A program made the position numbers and the translations under genes. Positions 1-13,388 of a stretch of 64,000 nucleotides of DNA are shown here, piece after piece. The notes under the pieces were generated by a model. That model ran no database searches and was not told the DNA's origin. It worked only from the letters and a program-made list of their open reading frames with translations. Position 1 is the stretch's first letter. Every line of letters starts with the position of its first letter. Source of the DNA: Octopus sinensis (taxonomy: Eukaryota); NCBI RefSeq assembly GCF_006345805.1, contig NC_043003.1, positions 31,248,001 to 31,312,000 of the forward strand, read 5' to 3'.

Positions 1-187
1 GGATAGTAATAAATACACACATACACACACATATACAAATGAGATTAAGACAGCTGGTTGACAATTTGATCATATCTAAAGCGTAAAGTAACAGTAGATG
101 TCATCAGTGTCAGAAATATAATGATGCTCTTAAGAATGTATTGAGTAGTTTTTCTCTTGTTCGTAATATACGTGTATGCGCTTCTGC

Positions 188-258
188 ACCTCTCTCTCTC
201 TATCTCTCTCTCTCTCTCTCTCTCTGTGTCTCTCTCTCTCCACACACACACACACATA
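188..258. repeat. (TC)n/(CA)n compound microsatellite
   Basis: Directly visible dinucleotide runs. Confidence 0.95.
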
Positions 259-281
259 TAATAAATTAATAATAAGGAAAT

Positions 282-586
282 GAGATTTATATATCCAGTT
301 TTATTCTGCAGTCAATTACGTCTTTCCATTTCTGCAACCTACATATGTTTCTGATCCAATTTCGTGCCCACTGCAAAATTTTGCATCTCGGTGTGCATTT
401 TGGTGTTAATTGCCGCTTCTTCGGGTTACTATTAACAGCGTTTCAAATCCTATCTGAACTTAATAGCAACCTGACGAAGTGGCAATTAACACCAAAATGC
501 ACACGAAATTGCAGCAGAGACATATGTAGGTTGCAGACATGGAAATACGTGATTGACTGCAGAATAAAACTGGATATATAAATCTC
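282..586. mobile_element. Foldback/MITE-like element (~305 bp) with long inverted arms
   Basis: GAGATTTATATATCCAGTTTTATTCTGCAGTCAAT...ACCTACATATG at 282 is the reverse complement of CATATGTAGGTTGC...GAATAAAACTGGATATATAAATCTC ending at 586. An inner pair GTGTGCATTTTGGTGTTAATTGCC / GGCAATTAACACCAAAATGCACAC is also inverted. Confidence 0.75.
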
Positions 587-1130
587 TTTTCTTCTTATTA
601 TTAATTTATTATTTCTTCTCTACCGACACCATGCAGTCTCCAAAGAGATATATGGATTTACCGATATTAAGATCTAAGGATAGTAAAATAAACTAACTGG
701 AGTTTTTCTATACTCACGGAAGTTAACCAGCATTATTAACCGGTAAAAGTGAACACGGTACTCGGTAGGATTGTATATCCCTACCACCTTAATTTGGTAA
801 TTTACCCCCCCCCCTCCCTCTGGTTGATAGGCCAGTTACTGCAATATGGGTTTGCTGTGTTAACAGTACAAGATCGCTGCGAATAGATGCTCAGCTGATC
901 AAAACGCTGGTGCAATTTTGTTTCCATAAATTTTTTGCGTCGCCGTTTTACCTCAGAAGGTATGTGAGTTACAAAAATGGCGTTGCAAACACGGATTTCC
1001 TGGTTCAGCACCACGCCGTGGGATCGATCCTGGGAATTCGTGTTGGCAAAACGAAGTGCTTAACCATTTGGTCATAATTCTTTTGTACTTTAGGCACAAG
1101 ATTCTAAACTTTTGGGGAGGGGGGGCAGCC

Positions 1131-1842
1131 GATTAGATCGATCTCAGTACGCAACTGGTACTTAATTTATCGACCCTGAAAGGATGAAAGGCACAACCTC
1201 CGCGGAATTTGAACTCAGAACTTAAAGACAGACGGAATACCTATTTCGTTATTGCTCAGAAGGAGCTAAACACAGAGAGGACAAACAAGGACAGACAAAT
1301 AGATTAAGTCGATTATATCGACCCCAGTGCGTAACTGGTACTTATTTAATCGACCCCAAAAGGATGAAAGGCAAAGTCGACCTCGGCAGAATTTGAACTC
1401 ACAACCTAACGGCAGACAAAATACCTATTTCTTTACTACCCACAAGAGGCCAAACACAGAGGTGACAAACAAGGACAGACAGACGGATTGAGTCGATTAT
1501 ATCGACCCCAGTGCGTAATTGGTGCTTAATTTATCGACCCCGAAAGGATGAAAGGCAAAGTCGACCTCGGCGGAATTTGAACTCAGAACATAACGGCAGA
1601 CGAAATACTTATTTCTTTACTACCCACAAGCGGCTAAACACAGAGGGAACAGACAAGGACAGACAAAGGGATTAAGTCGATTACACCGACCCCAGTGCGT
1701 AACTGGTACTTAATTTATCGACCCCTAAAGGTTGAAAGGCAAAGTTGACCTTGGCGGAATTTGAAATCAGAACGTAACGGCAGATGAAATACCGCTAAGC
1801 ATTTCGCCAGACGTTCTAACGCTTCTGCCAACTCGCCGCCTT
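1131..1842 (-). mobile_element. tRNA-derived SINE (family A) as a head-to-tail array of ~4 units, 184-bp period
   Basis: One tRNA-like head at ~1790-1842 (minus: GGCGGCGAGTTGGCAGAAGCGTTAG), followed by repeated bodies containing the B-box-like GTTCAAATTCC. Junctions (GA)AATAC|CTATTTC at 1240, 1424 and 1608. Confidence 0.85.
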
Positions 1843-2892
1843 ATATTACACTCCTGTCACACATTCATAGCCATTGTTTTTACCCTTCAAATGGAAGAGA
1901 TCTGGGGTTTATTACCATGCCTACGTTTTTGAGTTCAAGTCTGAAAGAGGTCAACTTTGTCTTTAACCCTTCCGAGATTCGTGAAATACTTGAGTTCATA
2001 TGGTTGACAGCACCTTCCACGAAATTTGTGGCCTTGTGACCTTATACGAAACACTATAATAATACAAATATGCATATTTTATGTATACCTGCATTGTGCT
2101 GTATTTCTAGACTCAAGACTAGTATGGAATAATTACAGCTCCCCGTTAAGGCGGCGAGTTGACAGAATCGTTAGCGTGCCGGGAAAAATGTTTAGCGGAA
2201 TTTCGTCCGTCCTTATGTTCTGGGTTCAAATGCCGCAGGAGTCGATAAAATAAGTACTAGTTGAATATTGGGGTTGATTTTGCAGATCTTCTGCTAGAAT
2301 TTGAAACCAATAATTACAGCCAGCTCTACGGAGTAATTCGACCTTGCTAAAATAGCAGCCAAATTTCAGCAAGTCATGGGCTTGTGTCTTGAATACAATA
2401 TTGTAGTAATCCAGTTGGGACGCCTTCGGTAATAGAGTTTCTAAATTAAACTGATTTGGGGCAAAGAACAAAAATTAAAAATAAGAAAACATACAACACA
2501 CGCATGTACATTAGCAACTTCATCCTATCTGATTCCTCACGAGGTTTGTACATCAAAGAGTGTGAGCAATATGACGTAAGAGCAATTGATTCATTCTTAA
2601 TTGATAATTATACTTAGGGAGACAACTATAACCTGTATGTCGAACAATATTATTTGGTTAATCAATCAAGATTAGCTTTGTACTAATCTCTGTATAGAAG
2701 TAGCTTGTTGGACCATCATTTACTATCTCCTATATGGTTTCATATTTGGTATGCGTACATGTGGGAATATTAGCTGTCAAACAGTAGCTCGTTGGAATGT
2801 CAGATACTATCAACTATTCGGTTGTATATTGTGTATGCGTTAAAAGTGGTAAATAATCCGAACCGATTGGGGTGTCACTCATCTATCTAGGG

Positions 2893-3147
2893 CGGTGGTT
2901 CTCAACCGGGGTCCATACCGCCCTTGAGGAGTCCATATAAGATTTTGTTGTTAAAATTTATCTGCAATAAAATGATTATATTTATACAATGCACAAAATA
3001 TTTTAACAACTTTTTAATACAATTCTTTATATTATTTAAATATAAAAATGTAACAGGATTTTTTTAAAACGTCGAATGGCTGTGAGAGTCCACACGAGTA
3101 AAATAGGAATTAAAGGGGTCCATGCTAAAAAAATGGTTGAGTACCTG
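2893..3147. mobile_element. hAT-type MITE
   Basis: Ends CGGTGGTTCTCAACC and GGTTGAGTACCTG resemble CAGTGGTTCTCAACC-type hAT TIRs; AT-rich non-coding interior. Confidence 0.6.
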
Positions 3148-4472
3148 TAATATGTGTTCCTTCATTGACTTAACTTTTCACGGTTTAATCTGTCTCTGGC
3201 CTCTATTACACGAGAATGCTCCAAAGAGAAATAAACAAGATTGCAATAAACCTCAGAAACAATATATAATGGCAGTGTATTCCGTTATTTTACAATGCTG
3301 AATTCTGTTTCTCTTGTTATTGCATCTTTGACTTCGGTGGTGTCGCTAAGACCTACTAAACTGTAGGACACAAAAGAAACATTCTGTGTTTCTGTTCCTG
3401 CTGCTGTTCTTGTCATTATGTTGCGCTGGTGGATCTGCTCAAATAAACCTATCTTTGTCTCGTTTGCTCGACAGCTTATACATAACGATATTGTGTTTAT
3501 TGCAAGCATTCAGAAGTGTGTAGTGTGGTTTGTCTAAAATATTGCCGTTACTATGGAACAAATTTAGATACTACGCAAAAGTAGCATAACCATTGTTGAT
3601 ATTATAGTTACCATTGGTTCTACCGGTATTAAAATATTTCCTTTAGTTAACTGAGCTCTCCATCTAACAGTAGCGTGGTTTGTCTAAAATATGGCTGCTA
3701 CTGTAGAACATACCTAGATACTACGTAAAACATTATCATTGTTAGTATTGTCGTATAGAGCATTAATAGAACATTAAGTGTCGAGAGTGCTACGTACACC
3801 ACATATCCTCCAATGTTCGCAAATATTATTCTAACAAATGTCACTCTTACATTACAATACTTTAGTGTTTGCATACTATTAAGTTGGCTACTTTACCTGT
3901 AGTAGTTATCACGAGTCTTTGGTATGTTTGTTGTTACAATCATCGAAGGTTACGGAAATTAGGCGGTATGATAAGGCAATATAAGTTTAATTAAATATCA
4001 ATATAGACTGGAAGATTTTTAAATATTGACAGTTCTTCAACACAGTTACAGCCTGCTGGCTGGTATCAAGAGAAAATCGTAAAGGCGTTATTATTGAGTG
4101 AAATAATGATTTTTTAGCATATTACATGATATAACTGTTTAAAAGAGTGCTCTATATCTTCTAAAATAAACCTACAGCTTTTACTTTTTACTTATTTCAG
4201 ACTGCCGAGTCTACTCGCAAGGTTTTGATCGGCTCAATGACACAGTCTCAAACGGTTTCATGTTGAGACGATTGGCACTTCCTTTTATATTTTTATTTTC
4301 ATGGGTAAAAATACGACCACTTTTATATTTTAGGAGCAAACAACTATTAACTATTAACATGGGAGATTAAACTAGGGCGTTGTGATTGGACTGTTCCGGA
4401 AGAGAATACATAGACCTGGACTGCAAAGCTACTCGCGACAGGAATTACATTCAAGATGTAAATTGAAGAAAA

Positions 4473-4473
<1 letters not shown>

Positions 4474-4534
<61 letters not shown>

Positions 4535-4609
4535 CAACTGCTGCTGCAAGAGCTAGGAATACTACTACTGCTGCTATGGTTGTTGTTATTGTTGTTGCTG
4601 CTGCTGCCG

Positions 4610-4647
<38 letters not shown>

Positions 4648-4650
4648 GTT
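4474..4650. repeat. (TAC)n/(TGC)n/(TTG)n trinucleotide repeats
   Basis: Visible runs; they explain the poly-Y, poly-L and poly-S ORFs in the track. Confidence 0.95.
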
Positions 4651-7600
4651 TTGTTATTTAGGAAGAACGATATATGTTCTGGGAAGATGTACTCGAGTGG
4701 GTCAACAGGTTGATTCATACTTTTACCACCGTGGAAGCATAAAAGGTGAAATCGATTTAGAGGAGATTTGGAACTATAAAGGACAAAACCTAATAAAGAA
4801 GATGGAGAGGAAAGTAAATGGATTTATTATATTGACATAAAACTTTTAACAAAAGTTGTCAGATGTTTTATAGGAAATTCCAAAACAACGATTTTTGTAG
4901 GAAGTGACCTACTGACCAGAATATGATACATGAATGCTGTATCATATCTTCAAGGTCTATCTATTTCTCAAAACTACCGACATTTCGCGGCGAATTATTG
5001 CTTGTCTGTTAATGTTCTTAAAAATGTTTCGAAAAAACAAAAACAAAAACAAAACAAAAAAAAACTCAGAAAAACCATTTGATGATGTAATCGATTAAAA
5101 TAAAATGAGACACAAAATGAATACAATAAAGAAAACGCATCATCTCTTTACTTTCAATTTGTGGTATATCTGATGAAAATAATGGATTTTTTAAAGCGAG
5201 TTGTGAGAAAACAATCACTTGTTTAATGGTAAGAATAGAATCTAAACGGTGATCTATAGAAAACTATTAATGGCTAAACTATTCTCAAATGAATCAATAA
5301 AGCACTTTCAAAAATTGAAGGAAAAATAATAACAAATTATAAGTGTCGTGAACGAGCAAAGTCTGTAAATAAATTTGAATTGATTTGTGTCGAAAGCTTT
5401 TTGTTTCGTTTTTACTTTTTTTTCCTGCTTTTTACTTTTGAGGTCAGAAAACATTGGTAACGGAAATAAAAATTCTCTGGACAGCCATGATATGGTTTGT
5501 TGAGGTTGACTTGCTGTCTGGAAAATTTAAAACCTAATATTTGTCTCCAATGAGAGGAATTATTTAAAAATTGCTGTACATAATATTATCATTAGTTCAG
5601 TATGAATGGTTCAATGTGAACCAGGAATGTAGACGTTTAAGCGTACGCCAAAATAAATAGAATATATTTTAGCTGTATATATTTCTATGTTTTTTTTTAT
5701 AGAAATGACTTATTCTCTACGGTACGTTTCTCTTGGTCTATTGAAGATTGCGTAACCACTGAGCATCGAGCGACTACAACGTGACTGCCGATAGATAGAA
5801 CATTTATATTCGGATTACTGTATGGGACACCCGATTACCAGCAAATAGGAGAAGGGACAAACTCGAATTATGTGCAAAATTCAGAAGTGTGCTAACTTTT
5901 CGTCAACTACAGTGTTTCGTGAAGGGATGCGGTTAAGAATAACACGATTCTTGCTATTTATAAAAATCTACAAAAGTTTTCTTTTTAATCAAAGCACTGA
6001 AAAAAAAAACGGATCTTATATCTTGTGCTCAAGAGAATTATCTAAGCATTTCATTACTTGAAAACCACGAATACTGTCACTGACAGATTGATATGGCTGG
6101 TAGGAAACACTGAAATGAAAACCAGTAGAAGAGAGTCATGACAATCAAGTAGAAGATAGTCAAGACAACCAATCTTTAATTTGGTGAAGATATTGGTAAA
6201 ATGTTAAGAAAAAAAAAACGTAGAGATGATCAAAATCATAACATGTCTGATAGTGTACGAGTGAACTGGCAGAGTTGTTTGAGCATCGGATTAAATACCA
6301 TACATCATTTATTTCAACACTGCGCTCTGAGTTCAAATACTACTGGGGAAAACTTCGATTTTTCCCTTCTGGGTCGATAAAAATGTACCAAAACAAAGCG
6401 GCATAGATTATCGTGCGTGACATTTGGACCAGACACTTTGTGTTATTATTATCGCCTCTTTGCATTCTGTGTTCAAATCTCTCCATAGTCTACACTTGCA
6501 CTAGGCTAAGATGAGGTTTATTCGCCACACGGTATAACACGATTACCAAGCACTTTGGGTAGTTTCAACGGTGTCTATTCTGTTGCAAGCATTCGAGCCA
6601 GACTGGTCTCCTTCCCCCCATCCAGTCAATCTGGGAAGTCCTTTAAAACCTCATCGACTCCTCCGTCCCTTCTGACTAAGTTCATAATGATAGGGCATGT
6701 TTCTAGTTTAAATTAGCTACTTGATAATTATTGTTGCAAGTAAAATGCAGGTGATAGAATACATCTAGGGACCACACATAAGCATTTTGGATCTGTGTTA
6801 ACCAAAGCTAAAGTCGGCTTTACTACAATAATCACGAGAGCAAAAAAGCTAAAACTAGGATAAATTGTGGCTGAATGCGGATTCTCAGAGAAACTAACAT
6901 CATAATCAGCACATTTCAGTTGAACAAAATATTAGGAAGAACAAAGTTTTTAAAAACATCCTGACATTTAAGGAATGAAGAGTCGTTGTAGAAAGGTCAG
7001 TAGAAAAATGTCGGGTTACCAAATCATCTATATTTTATTTTCCCGTCTCTATAAAGAACTTCCTTTTCTCAGTATAAATAATTCGCTAACAGGTGGCTGC
7101 TAAAAGTACTGTCATAGATGCATTGTCACACGATGTTCTTGCTAAAAGTATAAACAATGTGATCGGCAGGACGGGGCTGTCTTACGACATTTATAAAACG
7201 TTGATGTTGCTCACAAATCAATGAAAGAGTTCTTACATGGTCGTTCGGTCTGCAAGAAATAGTAGCCACATAGTTCTAAAACCACATTCTACCGACTTCA
7301 AAAAGGAGGAATAAATCAGATTACAGTCACTAATATACAAAAATATGTAAGGTTTTGACCATAGGTTTGTTCGATTAAACTACAATCACAACACAGACAA
7401 TAGTAACAGCAATAACTACAATTGACATTGAGTACATCCACAAAAGAAATCGTGGTAGATTATTCTCATCAGAACTTCCGCCAAACGCTAATATAAATTG
7501 CGGGTATGGCTAGTTCAGAAGGAAACATTGTATACCATTGAAGAGGTTGTTCCACGGGAGATCGCATTTCCATTGAGCCTCAGTTAAATGAGAACATATA

Positions 7601-9084
7601 TGGACAGCTGCCTTGAAATATGCAGCTTCTTTATACATTTACATTTGTACCAGTAATTATTGCTTCACTTGTTTCCAATGTTTCCGAACATTTAACTGTA
7701 ATTTTGGAAAACTATGGTTTCAAAGAAAGACAATCTATTTCAAAACCAACCATTTAAACTCTTATAGCGCGCAGGCAATTCAATCTGTAAGTATAAATGT
7801 AAAAATGCAAAATATGTCTGAAGTTTAGAATGTAACTCTGTACTTTTGTTGATGGCTAACATTTAACAATAAAGCTTTGTTTCTAAGTAAAAGACATTCC
7901 GTTTTATGGAGTGAATTCAAACAATAAATAAAAATGAATCCATTCATGTAACCATCAATAAATCTAAATTCCTTATCTTATAACATATTAGTGACTATGC
8001 TGGCAACACGGATAATAACGGATACTGATTTCGAAGATTTAGCTGAGATAAATATCCTTTTCGTTCAAAATACCAGATAGACGTGATAAAGCGGTCGAAA
8101 TATTAAAAACATTTTGTAATTTCTTTTTGAATTAACACTGAAAATATTCCAAGTAAAGAATATAATATTTTTTTAGATTTAAGATTAGAAACTAAAATAT
8201 TATGATATGAGGCTATGCAAAATGACGTACTTTCAGCATTAATGTTAGAAATTTGATATTTTTCGTAACACTTTTCTTTTATTTTCTATTTTAATAAATG
8301 GAAGAATGAAACTGTCTATAGCGGCGATAAATGATTTAATAGCGTCTCTGATAAGTTTCATATTTTGATTTAAATTCAAACCATTGATCGAAACGTGATT
8401 AGATATGAAAATCGTATTTTCCTGAAAGGATAGTATGTCTAATGAACGTAATATGGTGCGTATATTTAGCTACTCGTCACACATTTCTATTTTGTTGTCG
8501 TATTCTTGCTTCAGACTTTGTTGTTACCAAGAGTTTTATGAAATCTATACAATGAAATACTCAAGACTGTTTGACTGAGATTTTACTGTGAAGTTTATGA
8601 AGCTTATGATAATGTACTTTTCCTTTTCAGTTTCGGGGGATTCCACTATTATCATATTTCTTTATAATCATGAATTTCAAATTTTCAGTATTTACATGAG
8701 AGTTAGAATTGCTCATTGTTGTGATTTGCTGTTCTTTTTGTTACTGCTATTGCTGCTTAGTCTCAGAAGTCGAGGTCCGGACAACGTTGTGTGGTTAAGC
8801 TGTTCGATTGGGATCTATATGGTTTCACAATCTATTTTACAGCACGCCTCATCGAGCAAAAATCTATCATAGCCTTGGATCTAATATTTTACTTGTTTCA
8901 GTCACTGAACTGAGGCAATGTTGCAGCAACACCATACAGGGTTATTCGAAAAAATACACACCAGTGGGTATTTTAAGACTGGTACTTGTTTTATCGGTTT
9001 CTTTTACTGATCTGTTATGTTGCAGGGATGTAAACAAATTAAAGCTTGTCAAGAGGTGTGTGAACAAAAATAAAGACACATATA

Positions 9085-9250
9085 CTAGACGGGTTTCTAC
9101 ATAGTTTCTGCCAACGAAGCTCATCCACAAGGCATTGGTAGACCAAGAACTAAAGTAGACTGTACTTGCTTAAGGTGCTGCGCAGAGGGTCAAAACTGGT
9201 AACCACGTGGGTGAGAAGCAAAATTTTTAACTACACAGCGATGCCTGCTC
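9085..9250 (-). mobile_element. Degenerate tRNA-derived SINE (family B)
   Basis: Reverse complement resembles the head and ...CCAAAGCCTTGTGAGTGGAT body of the better copies at 23.6, 46.3 and 57.0 kb. Confidence 0.6.
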
Positions 9251-9769
9251 TTGAAAAATTGTGAGAAAAATTTGGTAGACTGAAAGTGTGAGAGGAACCT
9301 TCCTTGTTCTCGAAAGGTAGCCCCGATAAGTCAACCGGTCCAACACCTTAACAAAACAACTGTTTCCTTCTAGAGATGTTCACCCACTTGCAAGCATTTT
9401 TGATGCAGTCTTCGGTTTGAAGACAACTTTCATCAAATCTCAGTTGGTCTGGACAGAGTTAAATCACTGCAGCATTCGAATGGCATTTTCCGTGGTTTAT
9501 ACTTATGAGACTAGCTATTTTGACCCGTGTAGCCCCGAGCGACTTGCAACCCTCCTCACACAATTGCTCACCCCATTTGCACCCCCCAGTTTAAATTTTG
9601 GCGCCAATCCTATCCCATCTACCGCCCCTTAAACCGTTTTCATTCCAAAATGAGACAAATAACCAAGAAATCAAACAACTTTTTCGTATTTCAGCTTTAT
9701 AGATATTGATAAACGATTGTGTTTTCATCTAAATGGCCAAATGTTTGAAGTTATCATTTCCGCAAATGT

Positions 9770-9894
9770 CTCTTTCTCTCTCTGTCTCACATACTCTCTC
9801 TCTCCCCTCTCTCTCTCTGTATATATATATATATACACACATATATATATATGTGTGTATGCATATATCAATATGAATATATATTATATATATG

Positions 9895-9926
<32 letters not shown>

Positions 9927-9990
9927 ATATATATGTATACATATATATATATATATATATATACATATATGTATATGTATATACATTAAA
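9770..9990. repeat. (CT)n/(TA)n microsatellite
   Basis: Visible runs. Confidence 0.9.
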
Positions 9991-10404
9991 AAATAATAAT
10001 AACAGAATCAATAATGTAGGTGACTACAGGCCAAAGAAAAGCATTAAATAACTGAAGGCTTAAAAATAATCAAAGGACATACTAAGTATGTTTGCCTGCT
10101 GGAAATAACAGTTACAATTCTTATCTAAATCGCCAAAAATATACTAATGATTAATACAGAAATCAACCGAAAGTAGATCAGGTTGATAAAATCTGCAACG
10201 GTACAATTAAGTATTTGGACTCACGTGGGCAGGTTTTTGCACTGGCAAAAAATCGCCTCAGCTTTTCCAGCACGCATTACCATGATAGAGACCCCCAACC
10301 TATCGTATTGATGTCTGCGTCGCAACTGATTCTATTTGCGCCGAAATCAATTACAGCCACCAGTGAGGAAATACTCTCGACACAAGGGCAAACAATTCAC
10401 GAGA

Positions 10405-10520
10405 AAAATGTATAAATGTACATATATGTATATATATGTATGTATATGTACATATATGTATATATATGTATGTATATGTACATATATGTATATATATGTA
10501 TGTATATGTACATATATGCA
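10405..10520. repeat. 30-bp AT-rich minisatellite
   Basis: The unit ATGTACATATATGTATATATATGTATGTAT is repeated 3-4 times. Confidence 0.85.
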
Positions 10521-11111
10521 TATATAATTTGAATGGAGGCAATACGAACGGAAAACTAGAGGAACATGACCTATTATCCAATAGAATATTCAGTATATAT
10601 GTGTACCTTTTTCGACATTAATAAATCAAAATAAAGTTCGAAATAATATTAGTATTAAAAACATTCAAGCATATAAACATATAAATATTTAATATTTAAA
10701 AACAAACAAATATTTAAAAATACGTAGGCATTTTAAAAATATATAAACACATAAATAGATACATAAACAGATATAAAAAAAACGTTGATATGATATAAGA
10801 CAAAGTGAATTATAAATTCACACGATATGATATAAAGGAATAATAATTTACAAGTTACAATACAAGCGTATAAAATGTTTAAAAACTCGTAGGTTTTTTA
10901 AAATATTTTAAAGTATTTATAGGTACGCAGGCAAAATAGAAAACATTGACATGATATATGATATTGTGTGAATTATTAAATCACAGAATAAGATACAAAG
11001 GAATTAAAGTTTACAAGTTACAACAGGAAGGGTAGTGGAAAGTTTGAAACTATAAAACATTAAAAGGACATACTAATATACGAAGATAATGCTTAATGCA
11101 TCCAAAAGTTT

Positions 11112-11195
11112 CATCGACGGGCCGTTTCGGAGACGTGTCAGATGTGAGATAAATTTCATATTTTAAAGGAAAGAGACACTCCTCTCATCAGGATG
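11112..11195 (-). ncRNA. Type I hammerhead ribozyme motif (imperfect stem II) in a PLE-like terminus
   Basis: Minus strand reads CAUC-CUGAUGA-GAGGA GUGUC...GACAC GUCUCC-GAAAC-GGCCC-GUC-GAUG. Stem I is CAUC/GAUG and the cleavage triplet is GUC. Confidence 0.65.
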
Positions 11196-11344
11196 CTCCA
11201 CAATACGAAAGACACAGTGAAAACAACATAGAAAAGGACAACTTACATCATTACATTCTAGCCAAATCGAAAAAAGACTTTTTCGATTTGGCAAGAATGT
11301 ATTATTATCTGACACGTCTCCGAAACGGCCTGTCGATGAAACTT

Positions 11345-11470
11345 TATGGTTCCGAGTTCAGTCCAACTGCGTGGCACCTTGAACAAGTGTCTTCTACTAT
11401 AGCCTCGGGGCAACCAAAGCCTTCTGAGTGGATTTGGTAGACGGAAACTGAAAGTACCCTGTCGTATACA
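11345..11470 (+). mobile_element. 5'-truncated SINE family B
   Basis: GGTTCCGAGTTCAGTCCAACTGCGTGGCACCTTG...GGATTTGGTAGACGGAAACTGAAAG. Confidence 0.8.
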
Positions 11471-12637
11471 TATATATGTATATATATGCTTTGTGTATCA
11501 GTGACTACATAGCCCAGCGTATCTTCGTTTAAGTTAGTAAGGTGTAATATGTGTAAGATTTGGCTGCAATCTTTAGCAGGTGGAGCGATCATGCAGAGGC
11601 TACCCCGCTACAAATGGGTAAAGTCAATGTATCAGACACTGGTGGTTGTAGTAGGAAAATGTATCACTTGCGGCACATAGAAACTGGAGAGGCCATTATC
11701 TTTGTGAATCCCTATAATTTTTCTTTCAATGGGAAAGGTAACACCGCATAAACGAAACGACGTGAAAAGCAGGGCGAGGCAAACATAGATAAACAAGTCG
11801 AGGTGGCCGTCGCTAAACCGGACTAGATAAGCATGGATAAAATGTAGTGGACATATAAACTGGACAAGGCATCCATCGATAAACCGCACATAGCAACCAT
11901 AAAATCAAATAGGTAAGTATGAATAAAACGGGTAAAATAACAACGGACAAAAAAGGGGACATTGTAATAAACCAGGAAAGCTATTAATCAATAATCCTGA
12001 TGTGGTAACCGTAGTTAAAACTGATGAAATATGCACACAAAAACTGGACGACAAAAACGACAAAATGATGTGTAATTAAACGACAGTCGTCAGCGAAGAT
12101 TCCAGTATTTTTCTTCTAGTAATTGCTTGCTTTCTAGTTTTCGCAACACTAAATTTCATAATGGAAGCGCTTCACTAGAGTATCGATCGGTTTATTATTT
12201 TGATATAAACCAATGATTTTATAGCTATAACAGCAGCACATCGACATTCAGGGTCTCTTGACGTCGATCGAACTAATATTGATGTGTAGCAAATTACTGC
12301 CACCTCATACGGTTTCGTGATATTAAAGTTGATGTTGAGGTCAGGTCAAAGTCTTTAAAATATTGGCTTATACTCTAAGCCAAAACAAACCTCCATCAAC
12401 AATTGAATTGATTTTAGAACACCAGCATACATACACACAACATACGCCTACACAAATGTACAGAATGGGCAATAGCGCATACACCCATTCAAATATACAT
12501 ACACTCATGCACATACACACAGACAGACACACACTTCATTACTTTTAATTAAAACTTCTCTGTATATGTGTATGTGTGTATGTGTGTCCTTGTGAATAAA
12601 TGTATGTGCCTATGTATATAAACACATAATATATACG

Positions 12638-12668
<31 letters not shown>

Positions 12669-12669
12669 T

Positions 12670-12980
<311 letters not shown>

Positions 12981-13322
12981 GGCACAAGAACGCAAAACAT
13001 CCAGGCAGACAATACAAAGAAAACAAGGACCGGTCATTCGGAGTTTTCTTTCCTCAGTAGAGTTACAGATTATCTTTGCAATTTCGGCTGGTTATACTCG
13101 AGATTGCTTCAATCTGACCAGCCCTAAAGAAAACGAAGCTAAGAGCATTAGAATCCATGGAAGAAAAGAGGGAATTAATACGAAATGAAGAACGGAAAAA
13201 CGGAGAAATGTTACACAAATACAAATGCAAATAACAGGACATAACAACAGGTGTCTTTCGACTAAGGACGAATTTGATTAAGCTGGAGTGTGTAGAAGTA
13301 AAGCCTTACGGCAGGGAAAGCA

Positions 13323-13382
<60 letters not shown>

Positions 13383-13388
<6 letters not shown>

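Noticed and set aside
481-520. CTGACGA...GAAAT inside the 282-586 foldback as a hammerhead
   Set aside because: No NUH triplet or stem I, and the juxtaposition arises from a deletion in the right arm relative to the left.
1131-1842. CRISPR-like regularly spaced repeats
   Set aside because: Units are full 184-bp SINE bodies with no unique spacers, the context is eukaryotic and there are no cas genes.
3285-3509. 74-aa minus ORF
   Set aside because: No recognisable domain or convincing splice sites.
4347-4840. 123-aa and 152-aa ORFs with poly-V, poly-S, poly-Y and poly-L
   Set aside because: Produced by trinucleotide repeats that lack stop codons.
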